A DNA stretch of 64,000 bases from contig OX597819.1 of NCBI GenBank assembly GCA_951406725.2, positions 86,118,001 to 86,182,000 on the forward strand. The letters run 5' to 3'. Positions 1-11,400 of this stretch are shown here, piece after piece. Under the pieces are notes generated by a model, which saw nothing but the letters and a program-made list of their open reading frames with translations, searched no databases and had not been told where the DNA came from. Made by a program: the position numbers and the translations under genes. Position 1 is the stretch's first letter. Every line of letters starts with the position of its first letter. The DNA is from Octopus vulgaris (Eukaryota).

Positions 1-1396
1 GAGAAACCAATGACGGTCTTGAGAAAGGTGTATAGTATAACAGCAGCCTGAGAGGGACATCATCCACCCATGAACCCCATAAAAACTTGAGGGCCTGGCT
101 ATACAGAGTGAACGGTAAAATCTTCCTGGGAAGTTTAAGGTCCGGATTTAAATCATGGCACCCTCCCATGGATCATTTTGCATGTGAGATTCCGAATCTA
201 CAGCGAAAATCTTTCAGAGGTGAATCAGTGGAGTCGTGAAGAAACTTCGTAATTACAGTTCAGCGATATGTATGCGATTTGATGAGTTTCTTGTAAAATC
301 TCACACGAAACCTTAGTTTTCGTGTAGTATTAAACATTGAACTACTTATTAACTGTTTTGAGTATTAATAAATACATATTACTGGAAACAGTTCCAGAAA
401 AATAAATAAATAAATAAATACAATGACTGTTATACTTGTTTGGCAAAGGACTTGATTTATAAATGGTTTCTGAAACCACTAATAACAGTTCAATGCATAA
501 CTAACAATACACCAGTTTGCGGCACTATTCATAGCATCCATTGTGAAAAATATAAAAAACAAAAATACACTAGCAATAATGAAAAACCAGAAAAGCATAT
601 TTCTCAGATATTTAAGAGAAAAATAAATGAATTAACTGGTTAATTAATTACACCCTACTAACTTATTTACTACTAAATACATTTAAAGTCTACTTCAAAC
701 GCATTTTAAACCATTAACAGACTACAACGTGAAGTTAATGTTATGTTAATACTCGTTTTTCATTTCCACCAAGATAGTGAAACATGCTAACGTTTGCAAC
801 AAAATCAGTAAAAAGCTTGATTCATTTTCTTATCAAAGATCATTCGTACAAACCGAAACTTTCACAAAGTAATAAATATAGAAATGACTATATTATCTTG
901 TGCGTTAGCACGTGAAATAAATCGAGGTCTTGTAGGTCATCGACTGCGTTATGTCATCTGACTCCATTTCATACACTCACTATCTGCATCATTAAAAACA
1001 AACCCATATCCAGCTGATTCCTCCGTCGTTCAATATATTCAGTCAGCAATGGATTACGATAACCACCAACACAAATTCAATAACAGAGAATAAAAAGCAA
1101 ATCCCACGCTGAAAACAAAAAGGAAGAAAATTTAATATAAATGCCAGTTGCACAACAAGGCTGTTTCCAGATGTTGATGTAATAAAACTATAAGCACTAT
1201 TTCTTTCTTTTTCATCCTACACTATACCGGAGAATTTTTTGTATAGGTAGCCTTTCTTGAGAAGCGAGCTGCATAAGATGTGACTCATCATCAGGCGGGC
1301 CGCACTACTAAAAATTCAAGGCGTACCATTTAGATAGTCCCAGGGGCCGCAGTTTGCCCTTGACTGCGGTTCACTTACGACCGACATCTGTTCATA

Positions 1397-1617
1397 TGAG
1401 GGAGTGCTAAAAAGGTCCCGGCTTTAAGGGTATTGTGAAAGGCCTAGTTGGAGGCCCAACCTACTGAGTTCTTTTACAGGTCTTAGAAAAACTGAAGGGC
1501 CACTGTAATAAGTGTGTGAATCTGAGAGGAGAACATGTTGAATAAAAACATAAGTAACTAATCCTCCTGTATATTCTTTTTACTCAAAGCCAGAAACTTT
1601 TCAACACCCCACCCTCG
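1397..1617. mobile_element. Mariner-type MITE
   Basis: Imperfect TIRs (TGAGGGAGTGCTAAAAAGGTCCCGGCTTT ... AAAGCCAGAAACTTTTCAACACCCCACCCTCG) with TA on both flanks and no ORF. Confidence 0.7.
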
Positions 1618-1826
1618 TATAACATTATTAGAAAACTAACATTATCAACAGCATTTAATCCCAAATATAAAACCTTTGGCCCAGATTTTAAATATATTTG
1701 CACATAATTCAACAAGTGTAATTTCTTCAGTCCAAAACTGTTCTGCCAGAACTAATTTGAACGAATAATGTATTTGTGAATTATAAATATGTATTATACA
1801 TGAATATAAATTATAAAAATACTTAC

Positions 1827-2013
1827 GATCACTTCCTGTTTTACCCAAATACTTCTCGCTCAGATCACTAAGTCCTGCTGTATTGAACACTTGCACTGTC
1901 ATCCAATAGTAACCATTTGGCTTTAAACCAATAATCATCGCAGAAGACATTTGACCAAAGAATGACTGGAAGTAGGTCGGTGCGTTTTCTATATCTCTGT
2001 CAAAGTAATTGAC
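1827..2013 (-). CDS. CNTN: Contactin-like exon (end of FN3 repeat 3)
   Basis: Acceptor ataaattgcag| and donor |gtaagt; 187 nt, phase 0 to 1. Encodes VNYFDRDIENAPTYFQSFFGQMSSAMIIGLKPNGYYWMTVQVFNTAGLSDLSEKYLGKTGSD. The next exon is not found in 1-1826. Confidence 0.9.
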
Positions 2014-2202
2014 CTGCAATTTATAAGGTAATCCATGTAAATGGCATACATCTATAAAAGTTAAATGCCAAATGTAGTTTTCAAGTTTCAAGATCAGTTT
2101 TTAGGTTTTCTCAAAGGTTCTATAGGAATCTACTAGCGAACTCTAGGTGTACGTCAATACTCGAAAGGCTGACTTCTAAGATAGTGATTTGTTCTTTCCA
2201 AC

Positions 2203-2325
2203 CCCATGATGACGGGTTCAGGCCCACTACGTAGCACCTTGGGCAAGTGTCTTCTACTATAGCCTCGGTTCGACCAAAGCCTTGTGAGTACATTTGGTAG
2301 ACGGAAACTGAAAGAATCCCCTGGT
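2203..2325 (+). mobile_element. tRNA-derived SINE fragment (family with ccttgggcaagtgtcttctactatagcc body)
   Basis: B-box-like GGTTCAGGCCC. The body is shared with copies at about 4286, 29650, 34500 and 50175. Confidence 0.7.
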
Positions 2326-2539
2326 ATATATATATATATGTAAATGAATGAATGAATTATCCTTTGTTTACCGTTAACATGGAAAATTCAATAAACAGTT
2401 ACCAGGGTAGCAAAATTCACGCAAGTAACACTTATGAAGCGACCTATTCAAAGGTAGAAACTCCGGGTTAACGTGCAGTAATTTGTGTTGTATAAGTAAA
2501 TAAATGGAGTTGAACGCAGATGTTGTTAAAATTCAATTA

Positions 2540-2622
2540 CTTTCGACAAATATTTCGAAGACAGCATTGGTTTTATTCCAAAGGAATAAACGATGTAAAA
2601 TGGAATCTTCTCATCAGGAAAG
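2540..2622 (-). ncRNA. Type I hammerhead ribozyme, copy A (variant stem III)
   Basis: Minus strand: CTTTC-CTGATGA-GAAGA..TCTTC-GAAA-TATTT-GTC-GAAAG. Stem I and stem II are each 5 bp and the core is intact. Confidence 0.7.
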
Positions 2623-2644
2623 CAAGAGAGCCTATCTATTTACT

Positions 2645-2795
<151 letters not shown>

Positions 2796-3123
2796 GAGAG
2801 TGTGGTATAAGAGATGAATACATATATATACAGATCGCCAGATCCCTTCAAGATATAGATAAATCCACGTGGCAAAATCATAGGCGTACTCCGATTCGTG
2901 GGAAACAGCGTATACACGTTAATATGAATTAAAAGTGAAGGTTATCCCAAATTCTTTCCACCGAAGATTGATAAGTAACTCCTCAAACTCTAGTGAAGAA
3001 ACAAGCAAGATATAACACTTTTGCTATGTAGAGTTGTATGCATATACAGAGAAGGAGAAACAGACACAGACACACACAGAAATACATACATACACACACA
3101 CACATATATATATATACACATGC

Positions 3124-4203
3124 ATATATGGGTACAGGACGTCTCCAACAGTAAGCAAACAGGAAATGCGAAAAAAAATGAGTTCAATACGCAAACAACG
3201 AGAGAAACAAATGGAAAGCAGGACAAATAACATAAAAAAACGACCCTTTATCTATTAGCGGCTGTCTATCTACTCCTCATTCCTAGCATTGAACGACAAT
3301 GCTCGTCTTCGAAGACAGTTGCTCCCATAAGTACCAAAATAAGATTTGGGATTTATGGAGGGTCAAAGTTGGGAACAAAAACAGGACAGTGGAGATATAC
3401 AAGGAAACCGAAAGAAAACAAACATGGAGCGTTGTCAGGCCGGAACGAGGATAAAGTAGCGAACGCTGGAGAAATATTTTCTTTGACAAGAGAAAAGATA
3501 GAAGGGAGAGATAGGATCTCTCCAGTTCTAAGGACAGTCCTGAAAAAAAAGAAAGATAATCACTTGAGGAAAAGATAGATGGACGATGGTCACGTGTGAG
3601 CAACAAGAGAGAAAATGAGAGGAGAGAGAGAAGCCGTTTTCTCTCTCATCCTTTCTCTAATTCCCTTTCCCCTCACCGTTTTCTATCTGTGTTTCTCTCC
3701 CCTTCTTCTTTTCTCTCTCTTCCTGCTCACACGTGACCATCGTCCATCTTTCTTTTCTTCTCGTGATCATCTTTATTTGCTTTCAGGACTCTCCTAAGTA
3801 GTGTACGTATCCTGGCTCTCTCTTCTATCTTTTCTCTTGTCAAACATGATATATCTCCAGTGTTCGCTATTTTACCTTTGTTCTGCTCTAACGACCCTCC
3901 ATGTTTATTTTCGTTTGGTTTCCTTGTATTTCTCTACTGCCCTGTTTTTGTTCCCAAATTTGATCCTCCGTAAATCTCAAATTTTATTTTGGTACTTATA
4001 GAAGCAACTGTCTTCGGAGACTCATATTGTCGTTTAATTCTCGAGATGAGGAGTAGATAGACAGCCGCTAACTGACGAAGGCTCTTTCTTTATGTTACTT
4101 GTCCTGCTTTCCATTTGTTTCTCTCGTTGTTTGCGCATTTAACTCATTTGTTTTCGAATTTCATGTTGTTTACGGTTGATGACGTCCTATACCCATATAT
4201 ACA
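3124..4203. repeat. Long inverted repeat (fold-back / MITE-like)
   Basis: About 3124-3606 is the reverse complement of about 3722-4203, e.g. ttagcggctgtctatctactcctcat vs atgaggagtagatagacagccgctaa. The spacer is about 115 bp, purine-rich then pyrimidine-rich. Confidence 0.9.
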
Positions 4204-4285
4204 TATGTATACGTATACAGACACACAAATTCATAATACATACATACATACATACATACATACATACATACATACATACACACAT

Positions 4286-4436
4286 ACTCAGTTTCCGTCT
4301 ACAGATCCACTCACAAGGTTTTAGTTGGCCCGATGCTACAGTAGAAGATACTGGCTCAAGTTGCCACGCAGTGGGACTGAACCCGGAACCATGTAGTTGG
4401 GATGCAAGCTTCTTACCACACAGCCACTCCTGCCTA
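4286..4436 (-). mobile_element. tRNA-derived SINE (5' part)
   Basis: Minus-strand head has A-box TGGCTGTGTGG and B-box GGTTCAGTCCC. Confidence 0.8.
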
Positions 4437-4440
4437 TATA

Positions 4441-4825
4441 GTGGAGGCGTAATGGCCCAGTGGTTAGGGCAGCGGGCTCGCGGTCATAGGATTGCGGTTT
4501 CGATCCCCAGACCGGGCGTTGTGAGTGTTTATTGAGCGAAAACACCTAAAGCTCCACGAGGCTCCGGCAGGGGCTGGCGGTGATCCCTACTGTACTCTTT
4601 CACCACAACTTTCTCTCACTCTTACTTCCTGTTTCTGTTGTACCTGTATTTCAAAGGGCCGGCCTTGTCACTCTCTGTGTCACGCTGAATATCCCCGAGA
4701 ACTACGTTAAGGGGTACACCTGTCTGTGGTGTGCTCAGCCACTTACACGTTAATTTCACGAGAAGGCTGTTCCGTTGATTCGGATCAACCGGAACCCTCG
4801 TCGTCGTAACCGACGGAGTGCTTCC
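4441..4825 (+). mobile_element. tRNA-derived SINE (second family), divergent from the adjacent SINE
   Basis: A-box TGGCCCAGTGG and B-box-like GGTTTCGATCCC; the tail ends accgacggagtgct and is shared with the 42830 copy. Confidence 0.8.
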
Positions 4826-4951
4826 CTGCCTATATATATATGGCATATGTGTCTTAGTATACCGAAAAAAACATTCACTGTTTGGGCTCCCTGATGTCAT
4901 CCACAGTTAGGGTATAATTTTCCCTGGACCTACGTCCATGTCCTTCATGAA

Positions 4952-4992
<41 letters not shown>

Positions 4993-5004
<12 letters not shown>

Positions 5005-5393
5005 TGAGGTTGTGTGGTGTCTGTCTCCTACGATTTAGATTCCTAACTACTCCCACATTTTGCGGTGCAGTTTAACCAAAAGCGGGTATCATAGAGTCGT
5101 GATTCATATCGAACCCATCTGGGTATTAGCGCGCGTCTACGATGAGTTACGATTTTTAAAAAAAATTACCATCATTTTTTTTCCATTTTTAATGCATTTT
5201 TGTGCTATTATATAAGGGAAATAACTCTCTAAAAATGTCTACGATGAGTCTACGATTTAAAAAAAAAATTTAGCATCATTTTTTTCCATTTTTCATGCAT
5301 TTCTTTGCTATTATATAAGGGAAGTAACTCTCTAAAATGCTTATATAGTTATTTCCCTTACAAACCTGAGCAACGCCGGGCGATACTGCTAGT
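4993..5393 (+). mobile_element. Non-autonomous Helitron-like element, copy 1
   Basis: 3' GC hairpin (cctgagcaacgccggg), 8-nt spacer, then CTAG|T; carries an internal ~100-bp tandem duplication. Confidence 0.6.
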
Positions 5394-5452
5394 ATTTATA
5401 TATATATATATATATATATATTTATAATAAGAGTAGATCGTGTACGAGTGGG

Positions 5453-5580
5453 TATATATTTGTAAAAAAGAAGTTTGATAAGGTTCGTTTTTTCAAGAAC
5501 CGAAACATGTAAAATTCATAAGAAAATTACAATTGATATAATATAGTGGCGTTTTCAAACTTCTTTTTTACAAATATATA
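5453..5580. repeat. 128-bp element with perfect 26-bp terminal inverted repeats and an internal hammerhead-like motif
   Basis: tatatatttgtaaaaaagaagtttga (5453-5478) is the exact reverse complement of 5555-5580. Confidence 0.8.
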
Positions 5581-5586
5581 TATTTT

Positions 5587-5963
5587 TATATATAAAAGAG
5601 AGGTTGTGTGCTGTCTGTCTCCTACGATTTAGATTCCTAACTACTCCCACATTTTGCGGTGCAGTTTAACCAAAACCGGGTATCTTATAGTCATGATTCA
5701 TATCGAGCTCTTCTGGGTATTAGCGCGCGACTACGATGAGTCTACGATTAAAAAAAAATACCATCAATTTTTCTCATTTTTAATGCATTTTTGGCATATA
5801 TAAGGGAAGTAACTCTCTAAAAATTTATTATTAAATCTCAGAACGTAAAAAGCTACAGTAACACCCCCCACATATTGAGATGGCTATTATACTTTACATC
5901 TCTAAAAATGCTTATATAGTTATTTCCCTTACAAACCCGAGCAACGCCGGGCGATACTGCTAG

Positions 5964-5964
<1 letters not shown>
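5587..5964 (+). mobile_element. Non-autonomous Helitron-like element, copy 2
   Basis: Homologous to 4993-5393; 3' cccgagcaacgccggg hairpin followed by CTAG|T. Confidence 0.6.
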
Positions 5965-6005
<41 letters not shown>

Positions 6006-7301
6006 ATTTATTTATGGTTATGCACATATCTGTGTTTCACCATCGTGAGTTAAAATAGGAAACTACGAAAAAGAAAAAAACTGTGTGATTAAGACAACTG
6101 AAAGTTAAGCGTGAAACGAAGAAGGTTTGTGTATTTACTTATTTGGGAGTAAAGGCCTGAAGAATAGAAGTGCGTGGAAAGCATGAATGAACAAAGACTG
6201 TAGCCAACATCCTGATCGACAGTGGAGAGAATAAGATAGAAGCGTTTGAGTGTTAGTGGGTTCCTTTTGGAAAGGTGGTATTAGTATTTGCAATGCTTTT
6301 ACCATCATAATGAATCACAGTGAGTTTAAGGAATATGATGAGAAAGTACATTGCAGACAAGCTAACATTATTCTTTGGTAGATCAAGCAATTGAGACGAG
6401 TTCGAATCTTACCATTGCTGTTAATTGCAGATTTATGATTAATGTATAATTTAATTACAAACAGACGCTTGACACATGTTTGTGTAATAAAAATGTGGGT
6501 TCGATTGTTAGAAATGTGTTCAACCTCTGGAATAAAAATTGTAAGGTTAAATGCAGCGATTAAGAAAAATATAAGGGATTAGATTTTTAACAGATAATAA
6601 TATTATTTGCATATGGTGTGTATTAAAAACTGCTGCACAGATTTATAGGTGGCAGAATAGAAATAATGACGTATTTTAACCTGAGTAGAATGAATGTAAG
6701 TGAAAGGTTATTAGCCTTGATCTTGAAAGACACACTAATTAAAATTTAACCTTCGTCCAACGGTATTAAACATACACAGCTGAATTTCTTAAGCGAATTT
6801 CTTTCAACTTTGTTATCTCACTTTTTTCTCACCTTTTTACTTCTTTACTCACGTACAACAACACGGGGTTAATTACGTTTAGTTTGGAGGAATTGAAATT
6901 TATTGTGGAAACTTTAATCTTTTATCGTTATAAAATTATATCTTTTGGCGTTATAGATGCTTCGCGAGAAGCTTGGTCTAAAACGGCAATTACTTGATAG
7001 AAGAGTAAATATAGCCATATCAAAGTATATAAAAACGGTAATATTAAAAGTTTTTGTCACAGATACAATTACACTACGTCGCAATAGAATATGTCATACA
7101 TATATAATTTACTCAGTAACTAGAATATATATGTGCAGCAAAATTTCGATATTTGAAGAAATAAACGACATATTATTTTAGCGGATTTTGTGTCCTCTAA
7201 TGGCCTCCAATGTGACGTTAACAATAACACCAACACACACATATATATGTGTGTGTATATGTGGGTGTTTGTGTGTCTATGTGTGTATGTACGTACATAC
7301 A

Positions 7302-7339
<38 letters not shown>

Positions 7340-8490
7340 GTGGTCGCCGTTTGTGAGGCACGCATTCCCGCAACTTGTCTCCATGACCGAACTGCAGTCG
7401 TGGATCAAAAAGAGGCCGAGGAAGGGCGAATGGCACCGCGAGTGTCGCGTTGCTCTCAAGCAACTCTGCCGTCCCGGGTCGACCTTGAGTGACTTCAACA
7501 CAACCAAAGCATTCTATAGGGGATTAGTGGAGGGGAGGTACGATGACGAGCTCGGGGCGAACCTGGACGTCGACGAGGAATACCTGACCCGCCTGTTCAG
7601 GACGACTTTTGGGCCAGGGCCCATGGACAACTTCCAGAGATCCCTGGCAGTGCTACCGAGAAGCGCGACCCGTTCGGGATAAGCTCTACAGACACGGCTC
7701 GAGAAACACGGGGCCGACCTGCCCGAGATGCGGTCAGAGCGACGAAACCGTTCTGCACGCACTCGTACAGTGTCCAACAACTTCCGACCTGTGAGCTTAT
7801 GTCGATCAACTGCTGTCACGTGTGGGACGAGTCGGTTTATCAGCCAAGTCTATCGTCAATATTGTCACGCCTCCTTCCTTCAAACGGGAAGGAAGAACTA
7901 TTTTCATCATCATTGTGGCTATGGCGAAAGAATGTATCTGGTGGACGCGTCTAAAAGGATTGGAGACAAACACTTTCCTCTCTGGTCAATCTCTCATCAA
8001 CTTCTTCAAGTATCACTTCAAAAGGAAGGTGAGAGTAGAGAGGCAAGTTTTGTCTAGCGAATGTTTTACAAAAACATGGGTGAATGTAGCAAGGATGGCA
8101 CGTATGAATGACGAAGCCACCTTGAGCATAATCCTATGAACCCGAAATTTAAAACAGAGGGTTACCTACTTGCAAACAAATGTGGTAACATGTAACAATA
8201 TTGACTGAGGTTACCGTGGTCTTTTCCGTAGGCTTTTCTTCCCACGGATGAACCTTATCTGCTTCCCCCTTTACATCTTACATCATGACACTGTGATACA
8301 CGATCCCTATTGATCGTTTTTTTTCTTTTTTCTTTTGTGGCTTTTTTCTTTTTTGTTTTTTTTTTCTTTCCCTTTTACGATCCCTTTTGATCGAAAACCT
8401 ACCCCACAGTTTTTCCCTCCCAGAAAAAGAAAAGCTCTATTTTGTAATCTGTCCCGTCTGTGTGCAGCCCTGTGTGGCTAATAAAGAAAC
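7340..8490 (+). mobile_element. 5'-truncated Tx1/L1-clade LINE
   Basis: GC-rich frameshifted ORF end with the CCHC finger CPRCGQSDETVLHALVQC; T-rich 3' UTR with AATAAA at 8480-8485; (ATCT)n on both sides. Confidence 0.75.
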
Positions 8491-8491
8491 A

Positions 8492-8550
<59 letters not shown>

Positions 8551-8935
8551 TTGTCCGTCTGTCTATTCATTTATCTATTTATCTGTCCATTTATCTATCT
8601 GCCTGTATCTCTTTCTGTCTATCTCTTTATCTGTGTGTCACTCTATCCAGTTATCTATCTATCTATCTAACTACCTACCTACCTACCTACCTATCAATCT
8701 ATCAATCTATCAATCTACTTATCTATCTATCCATTCATCTACCTATCCATTTATGTATGTATGTATGTATGTATCTATTTATTTATTTATCTATATATCT
8801 TTCTATTTATCCAGTTATCTATCTATCAATCTATTTATTTATCTATATATCTAACTATTTATCCAGTTATCCATCTATTTATCCATTTATCTACCTATCT
8901 ATCCATCTATCTGTCTGTCTGTCTGTATCTATATA
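8491..8935. repeat. Degenerate (ATCT)n tetranucleotide array
   Basis: Read directly from the sequence. Confidence 0.95.
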
Positions 8936-10398
8936 TACGTATACATAATACATATTTATTGAATTAGGGGAGAGCCACATTTAATACACTCCATGTGTGT
9001 GAGAGCTGCAGCACATGAACAAAACTGGAAAACCCAGTTTTATTTGTACATTTCACATCTTGTTGTTAGAATTTCATTTGAATATTTTTAAATGCCATAA
9101 TATTCATTCATTGATGTTTGTTTTAAAACTGTTTAATTGTATTAGTTTCATTAAGTACGAAGTACATATATATATAGGAAATATTTTAAAAACCTTTGAG
9201 TGTTTATCAGTTTAACTATACTGTGTTGGGACGCCTATATTGAATATCGGAATTTGCCTTTCAGCAAAACAAAATTATACTGCTATATATAATGAAAAAT
9301 GAAAAATTAAACAAAAATAAAATGGTAAAAATGAAAGCCTGCTTATGATATCCATGTGTTTGTAGGTAAAACATGCAGTATAATAATAATTCTCTTTATT
9401 TTAGGCATAAAACCTCAAATTTGGGGGTAGGGCATTAGCCTTGGTTGAGAGTCGATGAACATGCAGGCTGATACTAAACCAATTTATTCAATCATGATAT
9501 ATTTCTAATAATTACGCGATGCCTCGATTTCACGAACTTTGTTGAAGAATACGGGATTCACAGCAATAAGTTGTGTTGAAAAATGTTGTCGCTCTCTATT
9601 TTTTTGCAATTCAGGATATTTTAATTTTGGACTCAGACTGGGATTTGTGTAACATATTCAATCCAACTCTTCCTATAATTCCGTGTGTCAATATACATTG
9701 AGGATGATTGAGTAGCTAGAAGGCAAAGAATAGGACAACCATCACCGACTACACCCATCCATGAATGTATTTACAAGAAATCTAGTACATAGCCTCAGTT
9801 TCTGCAATACATCAACCTAGCTAGGAAATTATCTAACCGCCCTTACAATTTATCTTTTTCTTCTTTCAGTTTGTATTCTTTTGTTTCAATATTAGGAAGT
9901 TATTTTCACTCCTATAGCGATTGGAAGTATGAATGAAGTTGCTAAATAATATATATCTTTTAGAACATTTACTTTATTCTAAAACTGCAAATAGCCGGAC
10001 TAAGCGCAAAAAGTACCTTATCTATACTGTTGAGCACCAGGTTGATTTATTATGTCAATAAGGAAAATAAGAACTTGCATTCATTCATCATTATCCAATT
10101 GAAAACAGGAAACCGGAACTTTTCTGTTAAAGTAATAAGAAAAGCTATGAGACACCAACAGATGCACAAACTTACTCTAGAAATTGGTGTTTGACAGCAA
10201 CGTCTTTCTTTCATCGCCAAGTTCCAGTTCTTAAATAGCATTTCTAAAATGCACATGGGCCTTCTCATTTGAGTCTATGGGACTGACAATTTGAATGACA
10301 AATTAACTAATTTTAAACTAAGTACTGTTCATTATGTCGCTAACTTATTTACACTTTCTCAAAGGATTCTCTCATATAATATACATACATACATACAT

Positions 10399-10526
<128 letters not shown>

Positions 10527-11039
10527 TCAGATGAATATGGCACTAAAGTTAAAGGCACCAGAATTTAGTATGGTATTATCCATATAATTCAAAATGGGGT
10601 GATTATAATTAAATAAGCAACAAGGATATCCGGAGGTAATGCAGTACGATCGTTTCATGCGACTCCATTTAATTGGGCAATGCAAATATTATATCAATTT
10701 AAAATGTAGAGCAAACTTCAGCTGCGTAAAAATATAGAATTTGGTAAAATTCGAAGGACTCATTTGTATAATTTTCTTTTTATCCAAAATCACCAAGAGG
10801 ATAAGTAGGTAGACAAAGAACATGTTTTATCAAAAACATCACACTGCTTATCACTGATTATTTCTGTTATTTAGATTTACTAGGAGGTGGGATGGTTTTA
10901 ATTTATAGACTAGTTTAACAAATCTAAGAGAAACCAGAGTGTATCCTTTATGGATAGGGCAAAATAGATAGACAATTTAAGTGCCAGAGTCATAAATCAA
11001 GATTTCTTTGAAGTAAAACCATTTGGTTCAGTAAGAATA

Positions 11040-11400
11040 TACTTAAGACAAAATGGGCTACCATGCCCTTCCTGGTATCTCCTTCAGTGCTTGGTTTCGA
11101 GCTTTATCTCAGTTTTTCCAATTACTCACGTAACCATTCTTTTAGCCATTTCTTCTTCGGATGCCCTCTCTTCCTGGATTCCAGCGGAGTTTATCGAAAA
11201 CAGTGGTGCAGAAGTCAGGAGTATCGTTTCTGATCACATGTCCAATCCATTTCACCCTGTTTCGGGTCACAACCTGACTTGGTGCAAGAGGACCTTGATA
11301 TTCCTAGCAGTTCGAGGCTAATGAAAAATCTCTGAAAGAAATATTGTGTATATGACGCTAGCATCTTTGCTGTAAGATGTTCAATTTCCTCTCAGTTAAA
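11040..11400 (-). mobile_element. Old RTE-type LINE 3' remnant
   Basis: The minus strand gives fragments such as KWIGHVIRNDTPDFCTTVFDKLRWNPGREG, resembling the RTE C-terminal W-x-G-H-V-x-R motif; stops and frameshifts are present. Confidence 0.55.

Noticed and set aside
1-1826. Search for the FN3-4 exon of contactin
   Set aside because: No phase-1 exon with a suitable peptide was found; presumably outside the window.
4441-4520. tRNA-like heads (also near 37330 and 42830)
   Set aside because: They have A/B boxes but no complete cloverleaf and run into SINE bodies, so they are not tRNA genes.
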